A DNA stretch of 64,000 nucleotides, from contig CBFDEM010000027.1 in assembly GCA_965603825.1 (NCBI GenBank), positions 682,001-746,000 of the forward strand, read 5' to 3'. The notes beneath the pieces are model-generated. The model saw nothing but the letters and a program-made list of their open reading frames with translations. It was not told the origin of the DNA and made no database searches. How positions within the stretch are numbered: position 1 is the stretch's first letter; each line of letters begins with the position of its first letter. The position numbers were made by a program, and so were the translations under genes. The stretch comes from Blepharisma stoltei ATCC 30299. Taxonomy: Eukaryota > Protista > Ciliophora. Shown one piece after another: positions 46,801-57,839 of the stretch.

Positions 46801-48229
46801 CTACAATTTAATCAAAAATTCTTATTCCTTTTCCAAAAGTTCTTTTGTGTCGCATGGGTCTGATACCAGTATAAATATAGATGACCCTAATTTTTGGAAT
46901 AAAGTGCTGCCACCACAGACGTCGCTGTCGTCAAGACTATTAACCAAGCTTAATGACCGCAGCTTTACGGTGGAGTCACAAGGAGAAGAATTCATGCAAG
47001 AATTAGAGTTGGCGGTAAATGAGGTCATGGCGTCAAAAACTAATATAGAAACCCATAATATTGAAGAAGAAGAAATTCTGACGTCTTTGCTGTTCCAGGT
47101 TACACAGACCAAACAGTTTGCAAAAGGGACAAGACAGCTGGCGCTGCAGTGGATGAATGAGCTTACAAGGCCTTTAAGAAACCGATCAAGTAGAAATAAG
47201 CCAGATTCTCCACAAATTATGAGCGAAAGTGAAGATGAAAGCGGCGAAGAAAAAAACAGGAAAAAAATCACAAGCTTCGGAGGGACTGGAATCATATGTG
47301 CCCACTGTGAAAAAGAAGGCTGCGGATGAATTTGTGCTGGCCCATGCAAAAGAGGATACCATGACCAATGCAAAGATAAAGAGCTTGACCTAAATCACGA
47401 CTCAAATCTCCCAGAAGATGAAGAAGACAACATAGCTGAACGCTTAGGCTGGAAATGCCACGACTGCACCAAAAACAAAGCTGCCTGCTTTGTATGTGGC
47501 AAAAAAGGACCATTCGCAGGACACCAAAAAGAAGGCAAAAACTACGAAATCGTCGTCAAATGCTCACTTAACAACTGTGGGAAATTTTTCCACCTTTCCT
47601 GCTTAGCAACTAAGCATAAAAAACGCTTCATTTGTCCTTGGCATTACTGTGGGATCTGCAAAGCTTCAGGAAACTCGAAATCCTTACTCCAGTGTTCTCG
47701 CTGTCCTAATGCATTCCACTTACGCTGCTATACCAGAAAAATAGTCCGACTAAACAAAAGGTACATTGTCTGCCACCAACATAAGCAGCCGCAGCGACCA
47801 CCAATTTATCCATCCCATAAAGCCCAGCATAAAGAAAACGTAAAAGCACTAAAAGAAAAACTAAGCGAGCTGTGGAATAAATATAGCCATTTAAGCATAA
47901 CAGAAGAAGAAAAAAAGGCTGGAGAACCAAGGAAAAAGAAAAAAGTCGCCTCAGAAGAGCAAGCTAATGAAATTTACCAGAAATATGGACTGTGTTTACC
48001 AGAGGATTTTGACTACAAAAATTGCAGAGATGAGTGGTGCAGATTCTGTGGGGCGAGGAAGTCAGCTTCTTTTGGACCTGGACCCTGGGGGAAGAAGATG
48101 CTTTGTATGGCACATGCATCTGCTTGGAAAAGCAAAAAAACATTAAATTTGTCAAGTTATAAAGATGTGCCTGAGGTTCCAATTGATTTGTCGAAGAACA
48201 CTGAGCTCAATTATTTGCTAAGGTTATAA
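43900..48229 (+). CDS. CHD-family SNF2 chromatin remodeller with chromodomains, inserted bromodomain, PHD cassette and GATA-like finger (1437 aa)
   Basis: ATG 43900, 16-nt intron 44001-44016, TGA=Trp at 44084, 45293, 47327; ILADEMGLGKT, DEAH, TGTPLQNN, LRKCCNHPYL, STRAGGLGINL, DSDWNPQND, ARAHRIGQ; stop TAA 48227-48229. Confidence 0.93.
44001..44016 (+). other. 16-nt spliceosomal intron
   Basis: GTAATCAACTACACAG; removal joins the ATG 43900 frame to the main CHD frame (RRSLRQRPQKKYTEIDSDSEDE). Confidence 0.8.
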
Positions 48230-48247
48230 TAGATAATTTTAATTATT

Positions 48248-48655
48248 ATGTCAATTTTTGGAGGATTTGGGACAAGAGCCCAAGAGAGCCAGTACAACTA
48301 TTTGGTCGCAGCTTTGATAAACTTATTGCAAGCCAAGGCAAATGGGCTATTAAAAGGCACTGAAACTGTAGACGAATTATTTAAGCAGCAAGCAATACAG
48401 TTATATGATGCCATGGTGGCATTTGAAAGACATAAATATTTATTACCCAAATTTTCTGAAGCGTATAAAGACATGATAGATGGATTTAAAGTAGAGACTA
48501 TGAGCGAATTACGATTAACAAATATTCAGGAACTGCATACACCTTTGCTGTCGGTTGAGCTTAATGATCCTGAAAGAGATGAGTCAGGAAACCTAGTCTC
48601 GGCCAAAAAAATTAAGAGAAAAATCACTATTCTTAAAAGTAATAGACCTAAATAA
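48248..48655 (+). CDS. Uncharacterised protein (135 aa)
   Basis: Clean ATG-TAA ORF with coding-like composition between AT-rich spacers. Confidence 0.7.
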   Translation: MSIFGGFGTRAQESQYNYLVAALINLLQAKANGLLKGTETVDELFKQQAIQLYDAMVAFERHKYLLPKFSEAYKDMIDGFKVETMSELRLTNIQELHTPLLSVELNDPERDESGNLVSAKKIKRKITILKSNRPK

Positions 48656-48906
48656 GAGTGTAAATGGAATAATTGAACAAAAGAATATGTATAAGTAAAT
48701 TTTAGAAAAAATTATTTAGATTTTAAAGGCAGCGCCTGGTTAATGTTGCGGGTAAAATAAATAAAAGAAATAGTGAATTGGATGCTAAAAGCAGCTTAAA
48801 TTTTAATTTTGTAAATTTTGACTTTTAACTTAATTTTAAGTATCCAAAAATGGATACATTTTTTACGTATCTTGAGTAAGTTTTAATTTCATTAAATACT
48901 AATAAA

Positions 48907-49332
48907 CTAGCACTCTTGAAATGCTAAACTTTCAAGATGGTGATCCCAATCGTCGATACTTATTAAAAACTCGCTTTTTTCAGCACTTTCTGTGTTACTT
49001 GTATCTGAATCTTGCCCAATTTCTTCAAAAATCCCTGTATCTTGGCTTAGATTAATTTCTGTATTCTCAATGAACTCATCAAAAATACTCAAATCGACGC
49101 AGCATTGCACTGCAATTTCTTTCTTAAGGTTCTTTTTCCTAGGCTTTTTCGGCACAAAACTTTTTGCGTTGACCTTTTGATGATGGGATCTGCATTGATT
49201 GGCGGACCTTGTCCCTACAAACTCAGCGACTTCAGCTCAGGACCCATAATTTTGAGCCATAGCAAGCTTATACCTTTCGTGCTCTGACTTTGTCCAGCGT
49301 CCTTTGGTGTGAGTAAGATTTTCAGCAGACAT
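48907..49332 (-). CDS. Single-repeat Myb-like (SHAQKYF-class) DNA-binding protein (141 aa)
   Basis: ATG 49332; KGRWTKSEHERYKLAMAQNYGS[W]AEVAEFVGTRSANQCRSHHQK, with TGA 49237-49239 at the conserved second Trp. Confidence 0.9.
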
Positions 49333-49521
49333 ATCTAACTTTAAATAAATTAATGCAAAAAATTTCTTAATTTGCAATAAGTGATTAAATATTTTTATAA
49401 GCCAATCAGATTACTATTATTTATAAGAAAAGTACTCTATTCAAGATTTTTAGGTTTTAATTAAATTTCTCTATTTAAATTGTGATAAATTTGATTTATA
49501 AAGATTTACTATAAATATTAT

Positions 49522-52188
49522 CTAGGAACTAAAAAGTTGGCACAAGTGAACATAGTCTACACATTGATCCAGCTCTTCAAATCTCTGCGAAATCAGCAGC
49601 AAGTTCGCTATATGCGTCGTATCAAACCCAAGCTCTCGATCATTTAAAATTGTTTTGAAAATATCATAGTCAATTTCTCCAGTGTTTTCCTCATCCCACT
49701 GCCTCAAAAAGTCAAATAAATCAATATTCCTGTAATCAAGATGATACCTAATATCAACAATCGCATCCAGTTCGGCTACAGACAAGTAAGAAGCTGATAA
49801 GCTTGTATTTTGTTCAATTGAGCAGCTTGACAATAAATAAAACAAGTGGCTTTCAAACTGGTGCTGGCCCGCAAAGCAATTTGCACAAAAATGGATTCTG
49901 CAGAGCTTGCAAAGCCTGTCAGCAAGTCTCCCACACTGTTCACAGTTATGCCAATTTTCTTCTCTTTGGGTACTACTTCGGTTCCTTGCAGAAGAAATAG
50001 CTTCTTGAGCTTCTTCGGCTTCTTTTTTTAACTTATTTTTCAGTTTGATAGCTTTGTTCATCTTAAAAAGGCTTTGGATTTTGATGGCTGCATCATTTTT
50101 CTTGTTTTTTCTATAAACTACGAACTTTTTGAAATTTCTTGTAATTATTCTAGCAGCCGCAGCCCTTCTTAGCCTTTCTTTTCTATACCTAATCCTATTT
50201 ATAAATCTTTTTACCCCAGCTTGAATAATAATAATTGCAATAAGCTTATTTTCCACATCCAATTTTTTCTCAACCGTCTCTAGCTTATCTTTCTTTATGC
50301 TTTTTTTTGCAATTTCTGCCTGTTTGGTCTCCACATCTGAATTTAAATGTGCAGTCGCAATATTTTTATCAATAAGCTGCTGTTTTAACTCATTAACCTG
50401 CATAGACTGCTGGGCTAAGTCATTTTCTACTTGGTTCCAGACTTCTTCTTTTAACGCTGAATATTTTTTCACTTTTTCTTCTAGCTGAGTCGAAATCGAC
50501 GTGTCTGGGGTTCTTTTTATATTTAAGTCATTTAGCAGCTTTTCTAGATCTTTTATTTGTTGAATTAATTTTTTTTCTGAAGGGAGTTTTGTGCTTAATT
50601 TATTTACCAAATTTGGGATATCTTTTTTGAGCATTCTCCCTTTAAGTCTCATATCCAAAATTTCTTCTTCAAATACAATAGGGTTATTTATGTCAAGATT
50701 CCCTACAATGGCTCGGTATTCTTTTTGTACAGCCAGTTTTGGGTTTAAAATGGTGATAAATTCTTCGTTAGAAATCACCCCATCACTATTTTTATCAAGC
50801 TCTTGGATCATCAGCTGCTTATCTTGGTCTGTCAATCTCACTTGGATTCTGGGCAGCCCATCTCTTATTTCTGCCAAAGTAAGGACTTTGTCATTATCAC
50901 TATCCAGCTGCTCAAAAATATCTTGGACACTTGCCCCTTGTTTCTCGATTTTTTCTATCACTACATCTAGAGGATTTTCTTTTAAAATATCAGCATTTAC
51001 GTCTTCCAATTTTTCAATGGTGTCATAAATCCCTGTTTGTGGCATCATCCCAGCTCTCACGTATTTTCCATTGTTTACTTTAACTACAGCTTTTGTAGGC
51101 TCTAAAATTTTGATTTTTTCTTTCAGCTCATTCTGTTTGGCAAGCTCTTCATTTTTTAAGTCATTAAGTTTAAGCTGCTGTTGTAGCAGCTCTATGTATT
51201 TTTTGCAAAGTTTTCTTGTTTCTTCATGATAGTCGATTTCTCCTCTTATGCAGTCTTTTCCGCTTGCTAAAATATTTTGGGATTTTTCTGTGTTTTTAAG
51301 CTCTTCTTGGACTTCTTTTATGATAAACTCTTCGCTGATCATTGAGGAAAGGATAGTTAAAGCTTGCAACATAGAGCCTGATAGAGAGCCAGCTGATAGT
51401 TTTCCTTTGCCGCCTGTAGTATCATTTTCAGCTAGCTGATGCAGCTTGTAACGCTTTTCACCTAAGCTGCGTGGCTGAGGAACTGGAGGTGGTGGTGGCG
51501 CGATTTTTTCACGTTTTTCTGCTGGGGGAGGTTTATTGTACTCCCTTTCACGCTTGATAAGATTTTTTTGAAGCTGCTTCATGTCTTCGATTTCTTTTTG
51601 AGCCTTTGCTTTATTTTCGTTCATAAGTGGTCTTATTGCGTTTAAGGACTCCTTATGGGCTTGTTCTCGATTTATTTGGTCTTGCTTTCGCTGAATTGAG
51701 CTTGATAATGATTGAGACTTTTCAAGAGAATTTAAATTCAGATTTGTAGATGGAGCAGCGCCAGGAGCTGCTGATTCTGTGCCTTTTACCGGTTTTTCTA
51801 GCTGAAAACCAGTAAAAGCTTCTGCTTTCTTTTCTTTTTGCTGTGCTTTTTTAACAGTTTGCTTCTTTGCAGGAATTTTAGGCGGATTTGGCTTTTTTGT
51901 AACTTTTTTTTGAGATTTTTTAGCAGCTTCTTCTTGCTTTAATTTATTCAGTGCATTTTGGGCTTTAGCCAAGCGGTCTTCTTGCTTCTTGATTTCTTCA
52001 TGAGTTGGCTGTGATGGGCTTTCTTCAAAAGATCGTTCACTAATTGCTTTGACTTCAGTTTGGTATCGAGATGGAGGCAAGTTCAGCTCAACGCCTGGAG
52101 GTAAATCTCTATTAGAAGCGGAGACTGAGAATGATATTGAGTCATCTTCGAATTCTTCTTCTATATAGTCTATTTCTTCATCACTCAT
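49522..52188 (-). CDS. Coiled-coil protein with EF hands, IQ motifs and a B-box-like zinc finger (888 aa)
   Basis: DSDNDKVLTLAE, DKNSDGVISNEE, DEENTGEIDYD; IQAGVKRF, IQSLFKM; CEQC...CKLC...CANC...H. Confidence 0.85.
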   Translation of the reverse strand: MSDEEIDYIEEEFEDDSISFSVSASNRDLPPGVELNLPPSRYQTEVKAISERSFEESPSQPTHEEIKKQEDRLAKAQNALNKLKQEEAAKKSQKKVTKKPNPPKIPAKKQTVKKAQQKEKKAEAFTGFQLEKPVKGTESAAPGAAPSTNLNLNSLEKSQSLSSSIQRKQDQINREQAHKESLNAIRPLMNENKAKAQKEIEDMKQLQKNLIKREREYNKPPPAEKREKIAPPPPPVPQPRSLGEKRYKLHQLAENDTTGGKGKLSAGSLSGSMLQALTILSSMISEEFIIKEVQEELKNTEKSQNILASGKDCIRGEIDYHEETRKLCKKYIELLQQQLKLNDLKNEELAKQNELKEKIKILEPTKAVVKVNNGKYVRAGMMPQTGIYDTIEKLEDVNADILKENPLDVVIEKIEKQGASVQDIFEQLDSDNDKVLTLAEIRDGLPRIQVRLTDQDKQLMIQELDKNSDGVISNEEFITILNPKLAVQKEYRAIVGNLDINNPIVFEEEILDMRLKGRMLKKDIPNLVNKLSTKLPSEKKLIQQIKDLEKLLNDLNIKRTPDTSISTQLEEKVKKYSALKEEVWNQVENDLAQQSMQVNELKQQLIDKNIATAHLNSDVETKQAEIAKKSIKKDKLETVEKKLDVENKLIAIIIIQAGVKRFINRIRYRKERLRRAAAARIITRNFKKFVVYRKNKKNDAAIKIQSLFKMNKAIKLKNKLKKEAEEAQEAISSARNRSSTQREENWHNCEQCGRLADRLCKLCRIHFCANCFAGQHQFESHLFYLLSSCSIEQNTSLSASYLSVAELDAIVDIRYHLDYRNIDLFDFLRQWDEENTGEIDYDIFKTILNDRELGFDTTHIANLLLISQRFEELDQCVDYVHLCQLFSS

Positions 52189-52781
52189 TATATATTTAAA
52201 GGAAACTTGAATAAGCTCATTTAGTCTATTGCAATAGCAGACTTCGCGAGAATTATTTATTTAAAATAAATCTGAACTGCATATCTAAACATTATAACTT
52301 ATTCCTTTTATATTAAGGAATTAAATTAATATTATTTGTGATAATCCAAAAAATCATAGCTAATGAAGAGAGTAAGGTGAAATCCAAATAATAATTAGCT
52401 AAAAATTTAAAATAAGTCTGAAACATATATATATGTGAAAAATAGTTATAATAGTATCTTTGTGTTTTTTATCATTCAATTTTTTGAGCTTAAAAGTTGG
52501 GTGCAGGTCTGACTGGAGGAAGTTATTCATTTAGCATGGAGCCTTAAAATTTAGCTTCAGGTTGTGAAATGTGTATTTAGCACTTAAAATCCAATAAATT
52601 TAAGCTTAATTAAAAATCACTTTCAATATTTTGGGGCTATATAATAGAATTTAGCTCAGCTTCACTGTCATCAATCACTCCCAATCAATCAGGAAGTTCA
52701 GAAAGTTCCTCTGTAATGAGATACTTATTGCATTAGAAGAATCAACAATGACAAGTGAAGATCAGGGCAGAGTTCAACGCC

Positions 52782-54067
52782 CTAAGGAGGGAGATCTGGC
52801 TGTATACTACCCTCTGCATAGCAATGAACAAGAATTTTTTCATTCCTATTAACCGAAAAATCAATAAATTCGATTGCTTTATCAAAATGCTTCGCAATGT
52901 CTTCTGTTTCTTTATCCTTCACTTTCAAATAAAAATAATAAAATCCACTTAATAAGTCAACTTTCTCATTGTCTAAAACTCTGAGAATGTTTTTAATCCC
53001 GACCTCTTTAAGCATGTTTTCATTAGTTGCAGCTAAAATGTTTCCTAGGAAGATATTTGTTGTAATTTCATCCATATAATTTATAAATTGAGAATTTTTT
53101 CAATAGCCAAGTAGATAATATTGCTTATTTGGCGGGTATAATCGGTATTCACCAACATGGTTACCTTTGTTTCACTGACATTCCCATTTATGACCTTGAA
53201 ATAGAAGAGTCCCAAACCCTTGTCTTTTTCCATGAGAAAATTCACCAATATACGTTCGGCCATTCTTCTTTGTTAACTTTCCTTTTCCCTGATAATAGCC
53301 ATTTTTAAACTCGCCTTCATATTCGACACCAACATCAATCCTCTTAAGGTAGCCATATCCTGTAAATTCACCATTTACATAGTTTCCTTTTATAATCACT
53401 TTTCAGGATAGAGCTCCTCTCCATATCCATTTTTTAAATCATTTTCGAAATTTCCTTCAAAGCGAATTCGATAATCCTCCAAAATCCCATGCCCATTTCT
53501 TTTATTGTTAGCTCAAGTGCCGGTGTATGTTTTTCCACCTCAATATATCATAACTCCGTTGCCATGCTTTTCTCCCTGGCTTCAGTCTCCATCGTAAGCA
53601 CCATTTTTTGTGTCAATCATTCTACCTTTTCCATGGAATTTTCCAAATTCTCAAGACCCCTCATATACACAACAAAACGATACTAAAACTCCGACCCCAT
53701 GAGGAATTTTTAATTCATTTATTTCTCCGTAATAAAAGTTATAAAAATCATCAGTGATTGGTCCAACCCATAATTTATTAGCTATTTCTTCAGGTTTAAA
53801 GCGCATTCCAGTCGTTTCTAGATGATCTAAGATTATTTTGTGAATATAAGAATTGAAATGATTTTTGAATAGCGAAAAAGTAGTAAATACTTCAAAATGT
53901 GAGGCTGGAAGATTTTCTTTTATTAAGGAAAATAAGGCCCGAATATGATAAGTTCTGAACAGCGACTGAACTGCTACTAAGTTGCTTTTTATTGAAGGAG
54001 GTTCGAAGTTTTCGTTGCGGTCAATAAGCAGATCAGGATCTTCAGTCTTGTTTGAGATAATTGACAT
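52782..54067 (-). pseudogene. MORN-repeat plus dual-specificity phosphatase gene, disrupted
   Basis: YEGS[W]EFGKFHGKG-type MORN repeats with TGA=Trp; frameshift near 53400; in-frame DUSP start MDEITTNIFLGN...ILVHCYA then loss of the GxSRS motif and TAG at 52782. Confidence 0.75.
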
Positions 54068-55019
54068 ATTTTTTATCGTAAGGATTAAGGGGCTAAGTTC
54101 TTATCACTTAATCCCCTGCATCAATAGGGGAGGAGCTGGCAAAGTAGCATATAATTCCGCATAGAAAAGCTTAATATATAGCAAATATATTAAATAAGTT
54201 ATCTTTATTACATCTCTAGTTAATATACAAAATTAACGAAATCCAGCAGATCAAAATTTTTAAACGATATCCTCAAAAGTACTATAAGCATGCCAGCTTA
54301 TCTCTTTAATGCAAGAAACTAAAGCTTAGTATTAGGAAAAGTATAATAAAGTTGTAAAATAAAGACAGCAAGGAGCATAGGTTGAAAAAGATAGGAATAT
54401 AAAGCAGAAGAAGCCAGATATTGCTATGAGCAATAATGAGGACTGAAGCTGATATGATATTGCTCCAATATGACTCTAATTATTTGTTGGAAGCCATGCA
54501 AAGACTTTCCTATTTTAAAATTTCAATTACTTTGTCATGCTAATTCATAATATCATAGATATCGTTTTCTTACAGGCTTTTGCGTCAGAAGGAATAAAAT
54601 GGTTCTTATAGGTAAGTTTAATGAAATGAGAGAGCCATTGAGATGATTAAAGTAATTGCAAAGTTAAAAAATCTGAGAAAATTTAAAATCTCTGTGAAAA
54701 TTGATTTGCTTGAGAAAGGATCCGCACTACTTTTAATTCTGAAAAGGATTTTTAAATTAATCCTCGTTAATTTTTTTTATATACTTTAAATATTGATAAA
54801 TATATCATCTATATCATAGTGCTATTCATCTTTACCCTTTTCCAATCTTCCTATCAAAATAAATTAATTTTTATTTATTATTTATAATTCCATTTGACAC
54901 TACATTTAAAAATTGCATGAAACTTAAAAGAAAAATCAATCGTCGAGCTCATAGTCAAAACAATATTAAAAAAGAAAAATAAAATTCCTTCAAGCTTTAT
55001 ATCTTTAATGCATAAAGTT

Positions 55020-55338
55020 TTTTTTTGAATTTTCCTTACCAATCAATTAAATAAGCTATTCTTCTTAAAAACTTTCTCAATATCATTTTAAAGCCCATTT
55101 CGCAGTCCTATTTGCCTCCCAAACCTTTTTTTAGTCTTAACATAACCTTACCCTAAAAATTCAAAATCTATTCCGGTTTTTGAATTTTTCCCTCCACCAA
55201 TCGAAATCTCTTTTCTTCCGATCATCCCCCTCCAAATCTTAGGCGAAACTCTTCCGCTTTGATTTTTTTGCGGTTTTTCTGCCCCAATACCCACACATGC
55301 ATATTTGCTTATCGAGATACTTCAGATATATTTAAAAA
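55020..55338 (+). promoter_or_regulatory. Candidate RRM1 promoter with CCAAT, TTTGAA and CG-containing E2F-like elements
   Basis: C-rich stretch unlike other spacers; CCAAT at 55039, 55197, 55284; TTTGAA at 55024, 55179; GGCGAAA 55242; TTTTGCGG near 55266. Confidence 0.35.
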
Positions 55339-57765
55339 ATGGAGGGAAATAGATATGTAATAAAGCGAGACGGTTCGCGGCAAGAAATAAACACTGAGAA
55401 AATCAGAATCAGGCTAGAAAAGCTTATGGAGGGCCTAAACCACGAGTTCATTAACTTGGATGTCGTAGTAAAAAAGGTTTCAGAAGGAATTTATAACGGC
55501 GTCTCTACTTCTCAACTGGATAATTTAGCAGCTGAGACCTGTGCTTACATGAACATAGTCCACCCGGACTATTCATTGTTAGCTGCTCGTGTTGTCGTGT
55601 CAAATCTGCACAAAATGACTAAATCAAGCTTCTTTGAAGTGATCCATAATCTGCATAACATGACTGACAGCTTGGGCAGACCCGCGCCACTTATAGCAAC
55701 TGACGTTTATGAGTTCATACAGGCAAACCAAGAAGTACTTGAAGCTGCGATTGATTTTAACAGGGACTTCGCGTATGACTACTTTGGATTCAAGACTTTG
55801 GAGAGAAGCTACTTGTTGAAGATTGATGGGAAAATTGCGGAAAGGCCTCAGCATATGCTGATGAGAGTTTCTTGTGGGATCCACTTAGGAGATGTGGAAG
55901 CTGCAATAAACACTTATAACTTGATGAGCCAGAAATGGTTTATCCATGGGTCACCAACTTTGTTCAATTCAGGTACCCCAAACAACCAGATGTCTTCCTG
56001 CTTCTTGCTTACTATGCAAGATGATAGTATTGAAGGAATTTACGAAACCCTAAAGCAGTGTGCACTAATCAGTAAAAGCGCAGGGGGCATTGGACTCAGC
56101 GTTCACAATATCAGAGCTGCCTCTTCATATATAAGAGGTACAAATGGGACTTCTAACGGCTTAGTCCCTATGCTCAGAGTCTTCAACGACACTGCCAGAT
56201 ATGTCGACCAAGGTGGCGGAAAAAGAAAAGGAGCCTTTGCCATTTACCTAGAGCCTTGGCACGCTGATATCTTTGAGTTTCTACTATTGCGAAGAAATAC
56301 CGGCAAAGAGGAACAACGAGCAAGAGACCTGTTTTATGGACTTTGGATACCAGATTTATTCATGAAAAGGGTCGAAAGCAACGGAAACTGGACTCTTATG
56401 TGTCCAAATGAGTGTCCAGGACTTAGCGATGTCTGGGGGGAAGAATTCGACGAGCTCTACCTACGCTATGAAGCTGAAGGAAGAGGCCGAAAAACAATTA
56501 AAGCCCAAACCCTCTGGTCCACCATCATTGACAGCCAAACAGAAACTGGCACCCCTTATATGCTTTTTAAGGACCATGTTAACCGTTACTCCAACCAGAA
56601 AAACCTTGGCACTATTAAGTCCAGTAACTTGTGTACAGAAATAGTCGAGTATACCTCAAAGGATGAAATTGCAGTCTGCAACTTAGCCTCAATTGCACTG
56701 AATAGATATGTGATTGACAGAAAAGTTTTTGATTTCCAAAAGCTTTTTGAGGTAACTAAAGTTGTGACCTATAACTTAAATAAGATCATTGATAGGAATT
56801 TCTACCCTCTCCCACAGTGCGCCAGGTCTAACTTCAGACACAGGCCAATTGGTATCGGTGTACAAGGGCTTGCTGATGCTTTTTTGCTATTAAGACTTCC
56901 TTTTGAAAGTCCTGAAGCAATGCAGCTAAACAGAGACATTTTCGAAACCATTTATTTTGCTGCTTTAACAGCTTCAGCTGAGCTTGCTGAGCGACTTGGC
57001 CCTTATGAAACTTATGAAGGCTCCCCTATCTCTCAAGGCCTTTTCCAATTCGACATGAGAGGGGTCATTCCTTCTTCTCGCTGGGACTGGGACAGCTTAA
57101 GAGCCAAAGTTGCCAAATTTGGGGTAAGAAACTCCTTATTGGTGGCCCCAATGCCAACAGCCTCAACTTCCCAAATCTTAGGCAACAACGAAAGTTTTGA
57201 GCCTTACACTTCCAATATCTACACCCGTAGAGTCCTTGCGGGCGAATTTGTGTGCTTAAACCCACATCTTGTAAAAGACTTAATTGAAAGAGGTCAATGG
57301 ACTCACAACGTAAAAAACAAAATCATAGCAAATAACGGCTCAGTCCAAGAACTTCATGAGATTTCAGCTGATTTAAGGAAACTTTATAAGACCATTTGGG
57401 AAGTCCCTCAGAGGACACTTATTGATATGGCAATCACAAGAATGCCGTTTATAGATCAAAGCCAAAGCTTAAACGTATTTATTTCAGAACCCAGCTTCGG
57501 GAAGCTTACGTCTCTGCATTTTTACTGCTGGAAACGAGGCCTGAAAACTGGGATGTATTATATGAGATCAAGACCTGCGGCAGACGCTATCAAGTTTACA
57601 GTTGACGTTGAGAAATTGTTAATTTCTAGTGGATTTAACACAAAACTTGCAGAAGACTTTGCAAATGATGAAAATTCAGACCCAAACCAGCCTTTGCAAG
57701 AGAAGAAAGGGAAAAGGGTTAGTTCGAACGCAGAAGAAGAAGTTTGTATTTCATGCTCTGGTTAA
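55339..57765 (+). CDS. RRM1: Ribonucleoside-diphosphate reductase large subunit (808 aa)
   Basis: ATP cone [46 protein letters not shown], terminal CISCSG. Confidence 0.99.
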   Translation: MEGNRYVIKRDGSRQEINTEKIRIRLEKLMEGLNHEFINLDVVVKKVSEGIYNGVSTSQLDNLAAETCAYMNIVHPDYSLLAARVVVSNLHKMTKSSFFEVIHNLHNMTDSLGRPAPLIATDVYEFIQANQEVLEAAIDFNRDFAYDYFGFKTLERSYLLKIDGKIAERPQHMLMRVSCGIHLGDVEAAINTYNLMSQKWFIHGSPTLFNSGTPNNQMSSCFLLTMQDDSIEGIYETLKQCALISKSAGGIGLSVHNIRAASSYIRGTNGTSNGLVPMLRVFNDTARYVDQGGGKRKGAFAIYLEPWHADIFEFLLLRRNTGKEEQRARDLFYGLWIPDLFMKRVESNGNWTLMCPNECPGLSDVWGEEFDELYLRYEAEGRGRKTIKAQTLWSTIIDSQTETGTPYMLFKDHVNRYSNQKNLGTIKSSNLCTEIVEYTSKDEIAVCNLASIALNRYVIDRKVFDFQKLFEVTKVVTYNLNKIIDRNFYPLPQCARSNFRHRPIGIGVQGLADAFLLLRLPFESPEAMQLNRDIFETIYFAALTASAELAERLGPYETYEGSPISQGLFQFDMRGVIPSSRWDWDSLRAKVAKFGVRNSLLVAPMPTASTSQILGNNESFEPYTSNIYTRRVLAGEFVCLNPHLVKDLIERGQWTHNVKNKIIANNGSVQELHEISADLRKLYKTIWEVPQRTLIDMAITRMPFIDQSQSLNVFISEPSFGKLTSLHFYCWKRGLKTGMYYMRSRPAADAIKFTVDVEKLLISSGFNTKLAEDFANDENSDPNQPLQEKKGKRVSSNAEEEVCISCSG

Positions 57766-57839
57766 TTTTAATTAATCTTGAATTATTATGGTAATTTTTG
57801 TGCTAATTTTGATTAATTTTATAATTTTTAATGGTAAAT

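Noticed and set aside
46822-47373. 183-aa antisense ORF and similar antisense ORFs (23103-23555, 44005-44418, 50591-51028)
   Set aside because: Shadows of well-supported genes on the opposite strand, with no recognisable motifs.
52795-52809. 15-nt GT-AG intron candidate in the DUSP catalytic loop
   Set aside because: Removal leaves the TAG at 52782 in frame and does not restore GxxRS; it is GC-richer than the supported introns.
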